Shown here in pieces: positions 31,620 to 42,400 of a stretch of DNA of 64,000 bases; the stretch's first letter is position 1, and each line of letters starts with the position of its first letter. The position numbers and the translations under genes were made by a program. The notes below the pieces were generated by a model that was not told the origin of the DNA, ran no database searches, and was given only the letters and a program-made list of their open reading frames with translations. Source of the stretch: Myxococcota bacterium (GTDB lineage Bacteria > Myxococcota_A > UBA9042 > PHBI01 > JAWLBL01); NCBI GenBank assembly GCA_041687695.1, contig JAWLBL010000016.1, positions 8,622 to 72,621 on the forward strand. The letters run 5' to 3'.

Positions 31620-32907
31620 CGAAGAACTCGACGAGATTCACCACCGCTGGGGCCAGCGCGCCCTGTCGACCGGCCGGATCGCCGCCAGCGCGGTGCGCCT
31701 GGCCGGGCGCCGTCTGGTGGGCGCCGAGGGCGACGCCGACCGTCTCCTCGGCGAGCGGCTGGCGCGCGAGCTGGATGGCATGAAGGGCCTGGCCATGAAG
31801 GTCGGGCAGATCCTGAGCTACTTCGATGGCGTGCTGCCCGCCGAGACCCATGAGGCGCTGCGCAAGCTGCAGAAGGGGGCGCGGCCGGTCGCCTTCGAAA
31901 CGATGCGCCAGGAGATCGAGGAGGCGTTCGGGGAGCCGGTGTCCGCGCTGTTCGAGGCCTTCGACGACACACCGGTCGCGGCGGCGTCCATCGGGCAGGT
32001 CTACCGTGCCCGGTTCGAGCGCCGCGAAGTGGCCGTGAAGGTCCAGTATCCGCACGTCGAGAAGACCTTCGAGGCCGACTTCGGCCGCATTCGGAGCCTC
32101 GCGCGGCTGGCCTCGCTGGCGACGGCCGTCGACGGCGTGGCCATCGCCGATGAGCTGCGGGCGCGCGTGACCGAGGAGTGCGACTACCTACGCGAGGCCG
32201 CCTGGCAGGCTGCGTTCCGTGCCGCCTTCGCCGACGATCCCAGGATCGTGATCCCTGAGGTCGTGCAGGCCCGGACGCGTCGCACGGTCCTGACGACCGC
32301 GTGGGCCGCCGGGGACGACTTCTACGCGTTCGTCGAAGGCGCCCCAGCGGCCCGCCGCCACGAGGTGGGGCTGCTCCTCGCCCGCTTCGCGCTGCGCAGC
32401 CTCTTCGGTCTGGGCACGCTGAACGCCGACCCACACCCGGGCAACTACCTGTTCCCGCGTGACGAGGGTCACGTCGTCTTTCTCGACTTCGGCTGCGTCC
32501 GCCGCTTCGAGCCCGACTTCCTCGAGACCGAGCGCGCCCTGGTCGACGTCGTCATCCACGACCGTCGCGCCGCTTTCCGCGACGCCGTGATGGCGACCGG
32601 CATGATCCCCCAGCCGCGCAAGTTCGACTTCGACGTCCACTGGGACATGCTGCGCCACCAGTACGCGCCCTACGGGCAGCCGCGTTTTCGCTTCACGCCC
32701 GAGTACGTGCAGGCCGGAGCGAAGTTCAGCGGCCCGTCGAATCCCAACTTGCGGCGGCTCGCGATCCCGCCGGCCTGGATCTGGGTCCAGCGCCTGCTCT
32801 GGGGCCTGCACGCCGTGCAGGTGCGCCTTGGGGCCGAGGGTGCCTTCCGCGACGTGATGGAAGAGGCGTTGGCGACGCGCTTGCCGCCGCTGGCCGTACC
32901 GGCCTGA
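31612..32907 (+). CDS. ABC1/UbiB family atypical kinase
   Basis: MKVGQILS, AAASIGQVYRA and NADPHPGNYLF motifs. The TTG start overlaps the previous gene by 8 nt. Confidence 0.8.
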   Translation: MADEELDEIHHRWGQRALSTGRIAASAVRLAGRRLVGAEGDADRLLGERLARELDGMKGLAMKVGQILSYFDGVLPAETHEALRKLQKGARPVAFETMRQEIEEAFGEPVSALFEAFDDTPVAAASIGQVYRARFERREVAVKVQYPHVEKTFEADFGRIRSLARLASLATAVDGVAIADELRARVTEECDYLREAAWQAAFRAAFADDPRIVIPEVVQARTRRTVLTTAWAAGDDFYAFVEGAPAARRHEVGLLLARFALRSLFGLGTLNADPHPGNYLFPRDEGHVVFLDFGCVRRFEPDFLETERALVDVVIHDRRAAFRDAVMATGMIPQPRKFDFDVHWDMLRHQYAPYGQPRFRFTPEYVQAGAKFSGPSNPNLRRLAIPPAWIWVQRLLWGLHAVQVRLGAEGAFRDVMEEALATRLPPLAVPA

Positions 32908-32911
32908 GGGC

Positions 32912-33742
32912 CTACTCGGGCACGACGCACGTGCCGGCCTGGCAAGCGCCGGCACCCGCGGCGCACGGCGCTCCGTCGACCACGTCGACGAAGGCCTGCA
33001 CGGCCTGGCCCTTCGGCGTGCACACCCGGCACTCGTTCGCGGGGTCGGGATCGCCGTCCGCGAAGCAGCCGTCGTCGACGAAGCACGTGTCCGCCATCTG
33101 CTCGAAATCGCATGGATTCCTGGCGTTGTTCTGGCACACGCCCACCCAGCACGGCTTCATGGCCTCGACCTCGACGGGGCACTCGAAGGCCGTCACCTGG
33201 CACTGCCCCGAGACGCACTTCTCGCTGTGCGTGCATGGGTCGCCGTCGTCGCAACCGGGCGGCTGCGGGGGCAGCGTGACGACGCACTGCCCGGCGTCGC
33301 ACGTCGCCAGGTTGCAGGGCGCATGGACCCCCAGCGCGTCCAGGCAGTCCTGCCCGGTCACGCACTCGGGCGCGACGTCGGGGCCCTCGTCCGGGGCGCT
33401 CGCGTCGGCGTCGAGCGGACCGGTCTCAGGGGCCAGGTCCGCCGCAGCGATGTCGGCGTCGCTGGTCTCGGCGGGGCCCGGATCCGCCGCCACGTCCGGA
33501 GGTTCGACGGCGTCGGTCACGTCGGGCGGTGGTCGCTTGTTCACCTCGGACGCCGGCAGGCAGGCGGTCTGCTGGGGGTCCGCGACCAGGGGCGCGCAGA
33601 GGAAGCCCGAGGCGCAGTCGCTCTGGGTGGCGCACCGGAAGACCAGCGCGTCCAGGCCGAGGTCCTGCGAGCAGGCGCCGGCGAGGCCGGCGAACCAGGC
33701 GCCGGCCAGGCCGGTGAGCAGCGCGACCCGCGTCGAGCGCAT
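32912..33742 (-). CDS. Cysteine-rich lipoprotein
   Basis: Signal LLTGLAGAWFAGLAGACSQD. GCDDGDPCTHSEKC and many paired Cys. Confidence 0.65.
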   Translation of the reverse strand: MRSTRVALLTGLAGAWFAGLAGACSQDLGLDALVFRCATQSDCASGFLCAPLVADPQQTACLPASEVNKRPPPDVTDAVEPPDVAADPGPAETSDADIAAADLAPETGPLDADASAPDEGPDVAPECVTGQDCLDALGVHAPCNLATCDAGQCVVTLPPQPPGCDDGDPCTHSEKCVSGQCQVTAFECPVEVEAMKPCWVGVCQNNARNPCDFEQMADTCFVDDGCFADGDPDPANECRVCTPKGQAVQAFVDVVDGAPCAAGAGACQAGTCVVPE

Positions 33743-34767
33743 CAGAAGCTCCAGCCCGAGGTCACGACCGCGCCGCCGCCGAGCGGAGCCACCCCGAGCG
33801 TGGTCGCCGGCTCGTCGTCATCGCCGGCGGTGGCCAGCAGGATGACTCCCGTCAGCAGCGCCGCGCCGCCGGCCGCCAGACCGGCGATCCCCAGCGTGGC
33901 GAAGGTGTTCGCGTCGCGCTCGCGCTCGACGGCCTCGGCCTGGGTGAGCGAGGTCACCAGCCCCGACTCGCTGACGTCGGCCGAGCGCACGTCCTCGCGC
34001 AGCGAGTCGGCCCACCACATCAGGCCGCCGCCAGCGCCCGCGGCGACCACGCCCAGCGTGACCGCCGCCCAGCCGAACCCGGTCGAGGCGCTCGAGGCGG
34101 GACGCGAGGCGCGGCCGAACAGGGCCTCGCCCGCGGCCGGCAGCTGCACGAAGACCACCCGCTCGCTCGGCGCCGACGTGTTCGCCTCGCGCTCCGGCTT
34201 GCGCTCCGCCATCGCCCGCTCGAGCTCGGCGCGCATCTCCTCGCGCAGCTGCTCGCGTAGGCGCGCCTCGGCCGCCGCGAGCTTGGCCTCCTCCTCCTCG
34301 CGTCGCAGACGCTCGTCCTCGGCCCGCTGCTCGCTCTGCGCCTTCAGCGCGGCCGCGCGCTGCGCCTCGAGCTCGGCCAGGCGCCGCGCCTCGAGCGCCG
34401 CCTCGGCCTGGCTGAGCGCCTCGGCCGCCTTCGCGCGCAGCGCCGCCTCGGCCTCGGCGCGCGCCAGCAACGCCGTGAACCGCGCCTTGGCCAGCTCGGG
34501 GCGCCCGGCCAGCTGCCAGGCGCGTCCCGCGTTCCACAGCAACATCGGGTCGGGGTCCAGGGCGTAGGCCTCGTCGAAGGCCAGCGCGGCGCGCTCGTAA
34601 CGCTTGGCCTCGTAGTGGACCACGCCGACCTTGTACCACTCCTGGGCGCTGGTGGCGGCGGCCGTCGAGGCGGCGCGCGCGGCCGTGGGGAGCAGGGGCG
34701 GGGCGGCGCCGACCAGACCGGCCAGGGCCAGCGCCAGCGGCGCACGAACGAAGCGACGTCGCGACAT
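33742..34767 (-). CDS. Secreted TPR/coiled-coil protein with C-terminal membrane segments
   Basis: Signal MSRRRFVRAPLALALAGLVGAAP. TPR-like WYKVGVVHYEAKRYERAALAFDEAYALDPDPMLLWNAGRAW. Glu/Arg/Ala coiled coil, then hydrophobic Gly/Ala-rich C-terminus. Confidence 0.6.
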   Translation of the reverse strand: MSRRRFVRAPLALALAGLVGAAPPLLPTAARAASTAAATSAQEWYKVGVVHYEAKRYERAALAFDEAYALDPDPMLLWNAGRAWQLAGRPELAKARFTALLARAEAEAALRAKAAEALSQAEAALEARRLAELEAQRAAALKAQSEQRAEDERLRREEEEAKLAAAEARLREQLREEMRAELERAMAERKPEREANTSAPSERVVFVQLPAAGEALFGRASRPASSASTGFGWAAVTLGVVAAGAGGGLMWWADSLREDVRSADVSESGLVTSLTQAEAVERERDANTFATLGIAGLAAGGAALLTGVILLATAGDDDEPATTLGVAPLGGGAVVTSGWSF

Positions 34768-35372
34768 GCAGCGCAGCATAGCCGCGTCAGGTCGGGTCCG
34801 CCAGGGGGCACGCTGCCCGGATCGGCGCGCGGTGTCAGGGCGTCGCGAGGCGCTCGGGGTCTCTGAGGGGCCATTGCGGGCCGGCCGCGGGTGACCTAAC
34901 GTGGGCATCGGGACACGACGGGCGGCCGCCGGGGGGCGGTCACCAAGGGAGGGGGCAGGATGCATCGGTCGATCACGGGCCGGGGGCTCGTCCTTGCGCT
35001 GCACGCCATGGCGTTGGCCTCGGTGGCTTGTAGCCCCGTGGTGCTCGAGCCGGACACAACCTCGGACATCCACGCGGACGCCAAGGAGGCCGACGCGGTC
35101 CCGGAGCCCGGCGTGGACGTCGGCGGGACGGACGCCGGGGCCGGCGGTGAAGACGCCCAGTATTGGTACGGCACCGACATTCCCATCGGGCCCACCGGCC
35201 CGGTGCCGAGCAGCCACCACTTCTGCGCGGCCGGGGGGCGCTACGACGCCAGCGGCGACGTCACCGGCTGGAGCTGCCTGGGCCCCGGCCCCCTGTCCGT
35301 CGGTCCGGCCAGCGGCGGCGGCGTGCTGTGGCTGCCCGGTCCCATCTTCCACGTGGCCCCGTGAGGACTGAA

Positions 35373-37148
35373 ATGCGTACGATCCGTCACAGCTTCGCCG
35401 CGGCGCTCGTGACCGCGCTGCTCGTCGCGCCTGCGGCGCACGCCCAGGTCCCCGGGACCCTGGTCCACCAGGGCCGCCTGCTCGACGCGAGCGGCGTCGG
35501 TCTCAACGGCATCAAGCCGCTGGTCTTCAAGATCTACGACCAGGAGACCGGGGGCGACCCGCTGTACACCGAGACGCGCAACGCCAAGCTCTCCAACGGC
35601 TTCTACACCGAGACCCTGGGCCAGGGAGGCGACGCGCCGATCGACCCGGCGCTGCTGACGTCGGGGACCCTGTGGCTCGAGCTGACGGTCAATGGGCAGG
35701 CGCTGACGCCGCGTCACCGCATCGAGAGCGTCCCCTACGCGATCCTCGCCAACACGGCGGTCAACGTGGACGGCGGGTACGTGGACGCGACCAGCATCAG
35801 CATCAACGGCACCCCGATCGTCGACGAGGCCGGCCAGTGGGTCGGCTCGGGCGGCCCCGGGGGCGGCACCCTGGACGCGCTCGCGTGCTCGGTGGGGCAG
35901 GTGCCCAAGTGGGTCGGGGGCGAGACCGGCTGGGCGTGCGGCGACGACGTCGACACCGACACCGACACCGATACCGACACGCTGGCGGCCCTGGCCGAGG
36001 AGTGCACGCTGGGGCAACACCCGGCGTTCAACGCCATGACGGGGCAGTGGGTGTGCTGGGATTGGGAGAACCCGCTGGAACAGATCGGGTGCGAGCTCGG
36101 CGAGGTCTTGATGTCACACCCCGATGGCTGGGGCTGTGGTGCGATCGCGCCCGCGACCGACACCCTGGCCACGTTGCCCTGTGGTCCGCAGCAGGTCGCC
36201 AAGTGGGAGACGACCGGCTGGGAGTGCGCCGCGGACGCAGACACGCTGGGTCTGTTGGGCTGCCCACCGGGCCACTTTCCGGTGCGGGGCGAGAGCGATT
36301 GGACGTGCGTGGAGTACGACGCGACCGAGCTGCTCGAGGACCTCGCGTCCAGCTGTCCGGATGGGTCGGTGCTGCGCTGGCAGACCGACCCGGGGTTCTG
36401 GACCTGCAGCCCGGACCAGGACAGCTTCGCCTGGATGGCGTGCCAGGACGGGGATCTGATGAGGTTTCAAGACGGCGGCTGGCAGTGCTCGATCCAGGAC
36501 GCCGACACGCTCGCCGTCACGTTCTGCCCGGAAGGCTGGGTCTTGAAGTCGCAGCCGCAGGACGCCATCAAGCCCTGGGACTGCGCACCGGACGAGGACC
36601 AGGACACCCTCGGCAAGCTCAAGTGCGGGCCCACCGAGCGCGCCGGCTGGGACGAGGTGGAGGGCCTGTTCACCTGCGTCGAGGACCGCGACACGTTGGC
36701 CAAGACGCCGTGCAGCGACGGCAACATCCTGCGCTTCGACAACGGCCAGAAGAAGTGGGTCTGCAGCAACGACATCGACACCAACACGGATCTGTTGGCC
36801 ACCCTCGGCTGCGGCGAAGGGCGCATCCCCAAGCGGTACGATGGCGTCTGGGAGTGTCATCTGGACGAGGTCCGCACCGACGCCGAGATCCGGCAGGCCG
36901 TCTCGGCCCAGCCGATCGCGCTGCAGGCGGGCTCGACCGTGGGCGGGGTGGTGCTGGGCGCCGGTGTGCCGGTGGGCACCCGGATCGTCTGGTGGGACAC
37001 CTTCGGCAACCAGGCCTTCCCGCCGGGCTACCTGCCGGCGGGCGCGCTGGTCGAAGACCCCAACAGCCCGCTCTACAACCGGACGCTGCCCGAAGCCGGC
37101 GAGGCCCCGCCCTCCGAGCACTACGTCCTGTACAAGGTCCTGGACTGA
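35373..37148 (+). CDS. Secreted protein with about nine tandem ~30-aa two-cysteine repeats, hypothetical
   Basis: Signal MRTIRHSFAAALVTALLVAPAAHA with a GAGGA RBS. The repeat units (DTLATLPCGPQQVAKWETTGWECAADA, DTLGLLGCPPGHFPVRGESDWTCVEYDA and similar) each carry an invariant W and two Cys. Confidence 0.65.
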   Translation: MRTIRHSFAAALVTALLVAPAAHAQVPGTLVHQGRLLDASGVGLNGIKPLVFKIYDQETGGDPLYTETRNAKLSNGFYTETLGQGGDAPIDPALLTSGTLWLELTVNGQALTPRHRIESVPYAILANTAVNVDGGYVDATSISINGTPIVDEAGQWVGSGGPGGGTLDALACSVGQVPKWVGGETGWACGDDVDTDTDTDTDTLAALAEECTLGQHPAFNAMTGQWVCWDWENPLEQIGCELGEVLMSHPDGWGCGAIAPATDTLATLPCGPQQVAKWETTGWECAADADTLGLLGCPPGHFPVRGESDWTCVEYDATELLEDLASSCPDGSVLRWQTDPGFWTCSPDQDSFAWMACQDGDLMRFQDGGWQCSIQDADTLAVTFCPEGWVLKSQPQDAIKPWDCAPDEDQDTLGKLKCGPTERAGWDEVEGLFTCVEDRDTLAKTPCSDGNILRFDNGQKKWVCSNDIDTNTDLLATLGCGEGRIPKRYDGVWECHLDEVRTDAEIRQAVSAQPIALQAGSTVGGVVLGAGVPVGTRIVWWDTFGNQAFPPGYLPAGALVEDPNSPLYNRTLPEAGEAPPSEHYVLYKVLD

Positions 37149-37266
37149 ACGCTCGCGGTGCCCCGGCGCCCCGGCTTGACGATGGCCGGGGTGACGGGCT
37201 ACTCCATCCGGCATCACGGCCCGGGCCCCCACCACGCGCCCTCCAACCGCCGTCCAGAGGAACCCC

Positions 37267-39471
37267 ATGATGCTCGAGCCCGCCCTCCTCGTCGCCATCG
37301 GCGCAGGCATCCTGACCGTCGCCACCATCGGCATCATCCTGGCCAAGTTCCACCGCAAGGTGAACCAGGGCCAGGCGCTGATCGTGAACAAGATGTCCGG
37401 CGAGCCGGTAGTGACCTTCACCGGCGCGAACGTGCTGCCCATCATCTACCGCGCCGAGGTGATGGACATCTCGCTCAAGACCATCGAGCTCGAGCGCCGC
37501 GGCAAGGAGGGGCTCATCTGCCGCGACAACATCCGCGCGGACATCAAGGTCACCTTCTTCGTGCGGGTGAACAAGACGGCGGAGGACGTGCTGAAGGTCG
37601 CCCAGGCCATCGGGTGCGCCCGCGCCTCGGACCAGCGGACGCTCGAAGAGCTGTTCATGGCCAAGTTCTCCGAGGCCTTGAAGACCGTCGGCAAGCGGCT
37701 CGAGTTCGTCGAGCTGTACGAGAAGCGCGACGAGTTCAAGGACGAGATCATCAAGGTCATCGGCCAGGATCTGAACGGCTACGTGCTCGAGGACGCGGCC
37801 ATCGACTTCCTCGAGCAGACGCCGCTCGAGAGCCTGGACAAGGACAACATCCTCGACGCGCAGGGCATCAAGAAGATCACCGAGCTGACGGCCGTGCAGG
37901 CGATCCTGACCAACGACTTCAAGCAGCAGGAGCGCAAGGCCATCAAGAAGCAGGACGTCGAGGCGGAGGAGACGATCCTGGAGCTCGAGCGGCAGCAGGC
38001 GGACGCCGAGGCCAAGCAGAAGCGCGAGATCGCGACCATCCGGGCGCGCGAGGAGGCCGAGGTCCTGCGGGTGCAGAACGAGGAGCGGGCCAAGGCGGAG
38101 CTGGCGCGCATCAAGGCCGAGGAGGAGGTCCACGTCTCGGAGCAGAACAAGGCGCGGCAGATCGAGGTCGCGCAGAAGAACCGGCAGCGCGTGGTCGGCA
38201 TCGAGACGGAGCGGGTCGAGAAGGACCGGGCGCTCGAGGCCATCGCGCGCGAGCGGGAGGTCGAGCTGCAGCGCATCCAGAAGGAGAAGGAGCTGGAGGT
38301 GCAGCGCAAGGAGATCGCGGACATCGTGCGGACGCGCATCTCGGTCGAGAAGACGGTGGCGGTCGAGGAGGAGACCATCAAGGATCTGCGGGCGACGGCC
38401 GAGGCCAAGCGCCACAAGGACGTGACCATCATCGCGGCCGAGGCCGAGGCGCAGCAGGATCTGGTCAAGAGCATCAAGGCGGCCGAGGCCAGCGAGGAGG
38501 CGGCCAAGTTCAAGGCGCGCGAGCGGCTGACCATCGCGGACGCCGAGCTCGAGGCGGCCGACAAGCACGCGAAGGCGAAGATCCGGCTGTCCGAGGGCAT
38601 CCAGGCCGAGACGGCGGCGTCGGGGCTGGCGCAGGTGCGGGTCAAGGAGGCCGACGCGGTGGCCAGCGAGAAGCAGGGAATGGCGCAGGCGCGGGTCAAG
38701 CTCGAGCAGATGCAGGCCGAGGCGTCGGGGCTCGAGAAGCAGGGCCTGGCCAAGGTGAAGGTGCAGGAGGCCGAGGCGGACGCCATCCAGAAGAAGGGTC
38801 TGGCCGAGGCGACGGTGGCCAAGGAGCTGATGCTGAGCGAGGCGGCCGGCGCGCAGGAGCGGGGCCTCGCCGAGGTGCGGGTCGAGGAGGCCAAGGCGGC
38901 GGCGATCGAGAAGCGCGGCGAGGCCGAGGCGAAGGCGATCAGGGACAAGCTGGTCGCCGAGGCGGCGGGTCTGGCCGAGAAGGCGACGGCGATGAAGGCG
39001 CTGGACGGGGTGGGGCGCGAGCACGAGGAGTTCCGCCTCAAGCTCGAGCAGCAGAAGGACATCGCCCTGGCGCAGATCCGGGCGCGCCAGGAGATCGCGC
39101 GGGCGCAGGCCGAGATCCTGCGCGAGGCCTTCGGACACGCGAAGATCAACATCGTGGGCGGCGATGGGCAGTTCTTCGACCGCTTCATCAAGTCGATCTC
39201 GCTGGGCCAGTCCATCGACGGGCTGGTCGACCAGAGCGAGGCGGTGCAGAAGATCTTCGGCGGCTACCTGTCGGGTGAGCAGAGCCTGACGGGGGATCTC
39301 AAGGACGTGCTGTCGCGGCCGGCGCTGTCGAGCGACGCGGTGAAGGACCTGACCATCACGGCGCTGCTGTCCAAGCTGATGGTCGGCGCCGACGAGCCCG
39401 TGAGGGACAAGATCATGAAGCTCATCGGGCAGGCCAAGGCGCTCGGCATCGACTCGATCGCGGCAGGCTGA
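37267..39471 (+). CDS. Flotillin family (SPFH/band-7) protein, long YqiK-like form
   Basis: N-terminal TM helix, then an SPFH domain (ALIVNKMSGEPVVTFTGANVLPIIYRAEVMDISLKTIE...), then a long E/A/K/R-rich coiled coil with EA repeats and a flotillin C-terminus. Confidence 0.85.
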   Translation: MMLEPALLVAIGAGILTVATIGIILAKFHRKVNQGQALIVNKMSGEPVVTFTGANVLPIIYRAEVMDISLKTIELERRGKEGLICRDNIRADIKVTFFVRVNKTAEDVLKVAQAIGCARASDQRTLEELFMAKFSEALKTVGKRLEFVELYEKRDEFKDEIIKVIGQDLNGYVLEDAAIDFLEQTPLESLDKDNILDAQGIKKITELTAVQAILTNDFKQQERKAIKKQDVEAEETILELERQQADAEAKQKREIATIRAREEAEVLRVQNEERAKAELARIKAEEEVHVSEQNKARQIEVAQKNRQRVVGIETERVEKDRALEAIAREREVELQRIQKEKELEVQRKEIADIVRTRISVEKTVAVEEETIKDLRATAEAKRHKDVTIIAAEAEAQQDLVKSIKAAEASEEAAKFKARERLTIADAELEAADKHAKAKIRLSEGIQAETAASGLAQVRVKEADAVASEKQGMAQARVKLEQMQAEASGLEKQGLAKVKVQEAEADAIQKKGLAEATVAKELMLSEAAGAQERGLAEVRVEEAKAAAIEKRGEAEAKAIRDKLVAEAAGLAEKATAMKALDGVGREHEEFRLKLEQQKDIALAQIRARQEIARAQAEILREAFGHAKINIVGGDGQFFDRFIKSISLGQSIDGLVDQSEAVQKIFGGYLSGEQSLTGDLKDVLSRPALSSDAVKDLTITALLSKLMVGADEPVRDKIMKLIGQAKALGIDSIAAG

Positions 39472-39475
39472 CGGG

Positions 39476-42400
39476 GTGGCCGCCGCCGCGCCCAGCGCGA
39501 AGGTCGCGGCCTCGGCGGCGAGCGCCGAGGTCGACACCGGCAACTACGAGGTCATCCGGGGGCGCCTCGGCGCCCTCGCGAAGGAGCTCGGCGCCAAGGC
39601 CGAGGCGCTCAACGCGCGCCGCAAGGAGGTCTTCGGCGGCACCGAGCTGACGGTCGTCGGCAACGAGCGCGTCCGGACCGAGCACAACTGCGTCCCGCGC
39701 GACATCGTCAACGCCGGCGGGCACCTGCTGTTCGGCTTCAACGTCTTCTTGGGCCTGAAGACGGAGACGCGCATCGAGGACGTCTTCGGGCTGTACCGGC
39801 TGGGCCGCACCGAGCAGGGCTGGGATCTGGAGGCCGAGCCGTTCGGCGCGCTGCCGGGGTTCCTGGACCACCCGAACTTCGTCAAGGAGTTCCGCGAGCT
39901 CGTCAACTACTACAAGGACGCGCGGCTGATGCAGCTGCGCGCCAGCGAGACGCGGCTGCTGGCGGTGTTCCAGACCGGCAACTCGCCCAAGGACATCCGC
40001 GTCTTCCGCTGGGGCCTGGACCCCAAGCGCCGCCCGACCTACCTCGACAACCGTGGCGAGCGCGACCACGTCTACCCGCCCTCGCACGACTTCACCTGGA
40101 CCGCGACGACCCGCGAGCAGCACGTCCAGGGGCGCCATCCGCACATCAACCTCCTCGACCAGGTCTTCGTCGAGACCGTCGGCGGTGACCTGACGGTCAA
40201 GGTCGAGGACAACACCGAGGAGGGCCAGGGCGTCTACAGCGAGCCGGTCGACGACGCGAACCAGTCGCTCGACGACGCGCAGGTCTACTACGCCCGGGTC
40301 GGGACGCTCATCCTGCTGAAGGTGCTGCCCTACCGCGAGCAGGTCTGGCGCCATCTGGTCTTCAACACGCGCACCCACCACGTGGTGCGCATCGACGCCA
40401 TCGGCCAGGCCTGCGTCCAGCTGCCCGAGGACCACGGCATCATCTTCCCCGGCGGCTACTACCTGCAGTCGGGCGACTTCAAGGTCTTCGACGGCGACCT
40501 GTCGGACCTCGAGTTCAAGCGCATGCTGCGCTCGCCCAACGGCGAGGACGTCCTGTACGTCTTCCACCGCCGGGTCGAGGGCAGCTACGTGCTGTTCCCG
40601 TACAACCTCATCGACAAGCAGATCCGCACGGCCATCCACGCGCACGGCTACTCGCTGTTCGATGACGGGACCCTGGTCATCTTCCGCAACACGGGCAGCG
40701 AGCCGACCCGCGTCCACCCGCTGCAGATCTGGCAGACCCCCTTCACGTCCGCCGAGTTCCACGCCGCCGTCCCGACCGACGGGTCGTTCCTGTCCAAGGT
40801 CGGCAACGCCGATCTGGTCCGCGGCATCTCGGACGTCCTCAGCGTCCGGCGGCTCATCGAGCAGGACAGCCCCAACCGGCAGATCTACGAGGACCTCATC
40901 GCCGCGGCGACGCGCGTGATGGACGCCTACTACTGGCTGGGCAGCGACGAGGTCGGTGATCTCGCGACCTCGCTCAAGGCGGTGCGCCAAAACGCCGAGC
41001 TCATCGTCGACGAGTTCGAGAAGGTCCTGGTGCTGCGGCAGCGGGCCGCCGAGGCCCTGGCCGAGGCCGCCGAGGCCAAGCTGGTCCTCGAGCGGGATCT
41101 GCGCCCCGAGGGGTGGCGCTCGGTCGAGCCGTTCATGAACGCGCTGGCGGCCATCCGCTCGCAGCGCGGGCACGTCATCACGCTCGGCGAGGTGCGCTAC
41201 ATCGATCGGGACCAGCTGGGACGCCTCGAGGCCGAGCTGGTCGCGCACTTCGACCGCGTGTCGAAGGCAGCGGTCGAGTTCCTGCTGCGCGACGACGCCC
41301 TGCAGCCGCTGGCCGAGCAGCTCGAGGGCCTGCTGGGGCGCATCGAGGGGGTGCAGAAGACGCCGGACGTGCCGCCGCTGCGTGAGCAGCTCGAGCGCAC
41401 GAGCGAGGGGCTGAACGTCCTGACCGAGGTGGTCGGCGCGCTCGAGATCGAGGACCCGAGCGCGCGCACGCGCATCCTCGAAGGCATCAGCGAGCTGTTC
41501 GGGCAGGTCAACCGCGTCCGCGCGACCCTCGAGCGGCGCCGCAAGGAGCTGGCCACGGCCGAGGGGCGCGCCGAGTTCGCCGCGCAGTTCCGGCTGTTCT
41601 CGCAGGCGGTCTCGAGCGCCCTGACCATCGCCGACACGCCGGAGCGCTGTGACGAGCAGCTCTCGCGCCTGATGGTGCAGCTCGAGGAGCTCGAGGGCCG
41701 CTTCGGCGAGCTGGACGCCTTCATCAGCGATCTGGCGACCAAGCGCGAAGAGGTCTACGAGGCCTTCGAGGCCAAAAAGCAGGCCCTGCTCGACGAGCGC
41801 CAGCGCCGGGCGTCCAGCCTGTTCGACGCCGCCGATCGCATCCTGCAGGGGATCGCGCGGCGCGCCCGCGGCTTCAAGACCGCCGACGAGCTGAACGCCT
41901 ACTTCGCCTCGGACGCGATGGTCGCCAAGCTGCGGCAGATCGCCGAGCAGCTGCTGGCCCTGGGTGACAGCGTCAAGGCCGACGAGCTCGGGTCGCGCCT
42001 GAAGTCGACGCGGCAGGAGGCGGCCCGCGCGCTGCGCGACAAGTCCGAGCTGTTCGACGGCGACGACGCGGTCATCAAGCTGGGGCGGCACCGGTTCAAC
42101 GTCAACACGCAGCCGCTCGAGCTGACGATGGTGCCGCGTGGCGACCGCATGGCGCTGCACCTGACCGGCACCGACTACTACGAGCTCATCGAGGACGCGG
42201 CTTTCGAGGCGACGCGTGACTTCTGGTCGCAGCAGGTCGTCAGCGAGACGCCCGAGGTCTATCGCGGCGAGTACCTGGCGGCGACCCTGCTGTTCGACGC
42301 CGTGGCGGGCCAGGGCGGGGCGTCGCTCCAGAGGCTGCACGAGGCGGCGCGGGCGCCCGGAGGCCTGGCCGAGCTGGTGCGCGCCGCCGCGGCCAGCCGC

